From an uncultured Gammaproteobacteria bacterium (lineage in GTDB: Bacteria > Pseudomonadota > Gammaproteobacteria > SZUA-229): a stretch of 44,805 bases of DNA. Location: the NCBI GenBank assembly GCA_965368115.1, contig CBDULQ010000002.1, positions 1 to 44,805 on the forward strand, written 5' to 3'. The notes beneath the pieces are model-generated. The model saw nothing but the letters and a program-made list of their open reading frames with translations, searched no databases and was not told the DNA's origin. The position numbers and the translations under genes are program-made. Positions 44,231 through 44,805 of the stretch are shown here, piece after piece; the first letter of the stretch is position 1; each line of letters opens with the position of its first letter.

Positions 44231-44804
44231 ATATAAACGCCAGAATATGTTCGACGATGTTGTCGATCTGGCTCCGTTCGCTGAACAGGTGATCCGCTTC
44301 CGCCAGTTCCAGCAGTTCGCTTCGACCTGTACTGAGCCTCAGAATAGCATCTGCGTCGGCGGCCGGAACCAGCGTATCGCGACCGGCACGCACTGCCAGT
44401 ATCGCGGTGTCACAACCCGCCATCAGTCGAGTCATGTCGTATTGTTTGACGTCTTCGACGAACTGGGGCTTGACCGGGTAATCGGTACCGGCAACGCGAA
44501 TGCTGGCATTGTCACCAGCGGTCAGGCGGGCCAGGGCCGGACCGAAGTGATGGAGTACGTGGTCCGGTTGGCTGGGGGAGGCCAGGGTGACGACGGTTTT
44601 ACAGGTGTCGATCCGGCGCGCAGCCAGCAGTGAAGCGGTGCCGCCCATGCTGTGTCCGAGCAGTGCTACCGGAGCGGTATATTCACGCTGCAGAAAATCC
44701 GCGGCGCTGACAATGTCTTCCACCATGGTGGTGAAATTGCTGTCGGCAAATTCACCGCCGCTGTCACCGAGTCCGGTCAAGTCGAAACGTAATACCCCTA
44801 CGCC
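44229..44804 (-). CDS. Alpha/beta hydrolase, 5' end outside the window
   Basis: Frame is open to the window edge (GVGVLRFDLTGLGDSGG); GHSMGG; ADHLFS. Confidence 0.85.
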   Translation of the reverse strand, partial: GVGVLRFDLTGLGDSGGEFADSNFTTMVEDIVSAADFLQREYTAPVALLGHSMGGTASLLAARRIDTCKTVVTLASPSQPDHVLHHFGPALARLTAGDNASIRVAGTDYPVKPQFVEDVKQYDMTRLMAGCDTAILAVRAGRDTLVPAADADAILRLSTGRSELLELAEADHLFSERSQIDNIVEHILAFI

Positions 44805-44805
44805 C

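Overview
Chromosomal backbone of a Gammaproteobacterium, with no phage, IS, CRISPR, rRNA or tRNA recognisable by eye. Gene order: ilvI-ilvH-ilvC, pssA, leuA, family-4 UDG, rimI, a metallopeptidase, prfC, an MFS/dual-receiver/CyaA-like cluster, pepA-holC-valS with divergent lptFG, RDD, a TraF-like outer-membrane protein, a histone H1-like protein, mobA-mobB-moeA, xerD-dsbC, addA-cnoX, parE-parC-HDOD-hspQ, PilZ, yqcC and hydrolases. Best leads: (1) a full-length class I adenylate cyclase homologue lacking the catalytic GS/DxD motif, 3 bp downstream of an output-less dual-REC regulator; (2) an unannotated, probably leaderless, Leu-rich leader peptide upstream of leuA; (3) a UDG with a Pol III psi-like N-terminal peptide at the holD position; (4) a 107-nt multi-hairpin element with 18-bp perfect inverted repeats between parE and parC; (5) addA with no adjacent addB. 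Family calls come from recalled motifs and synteny; no database searches were run.
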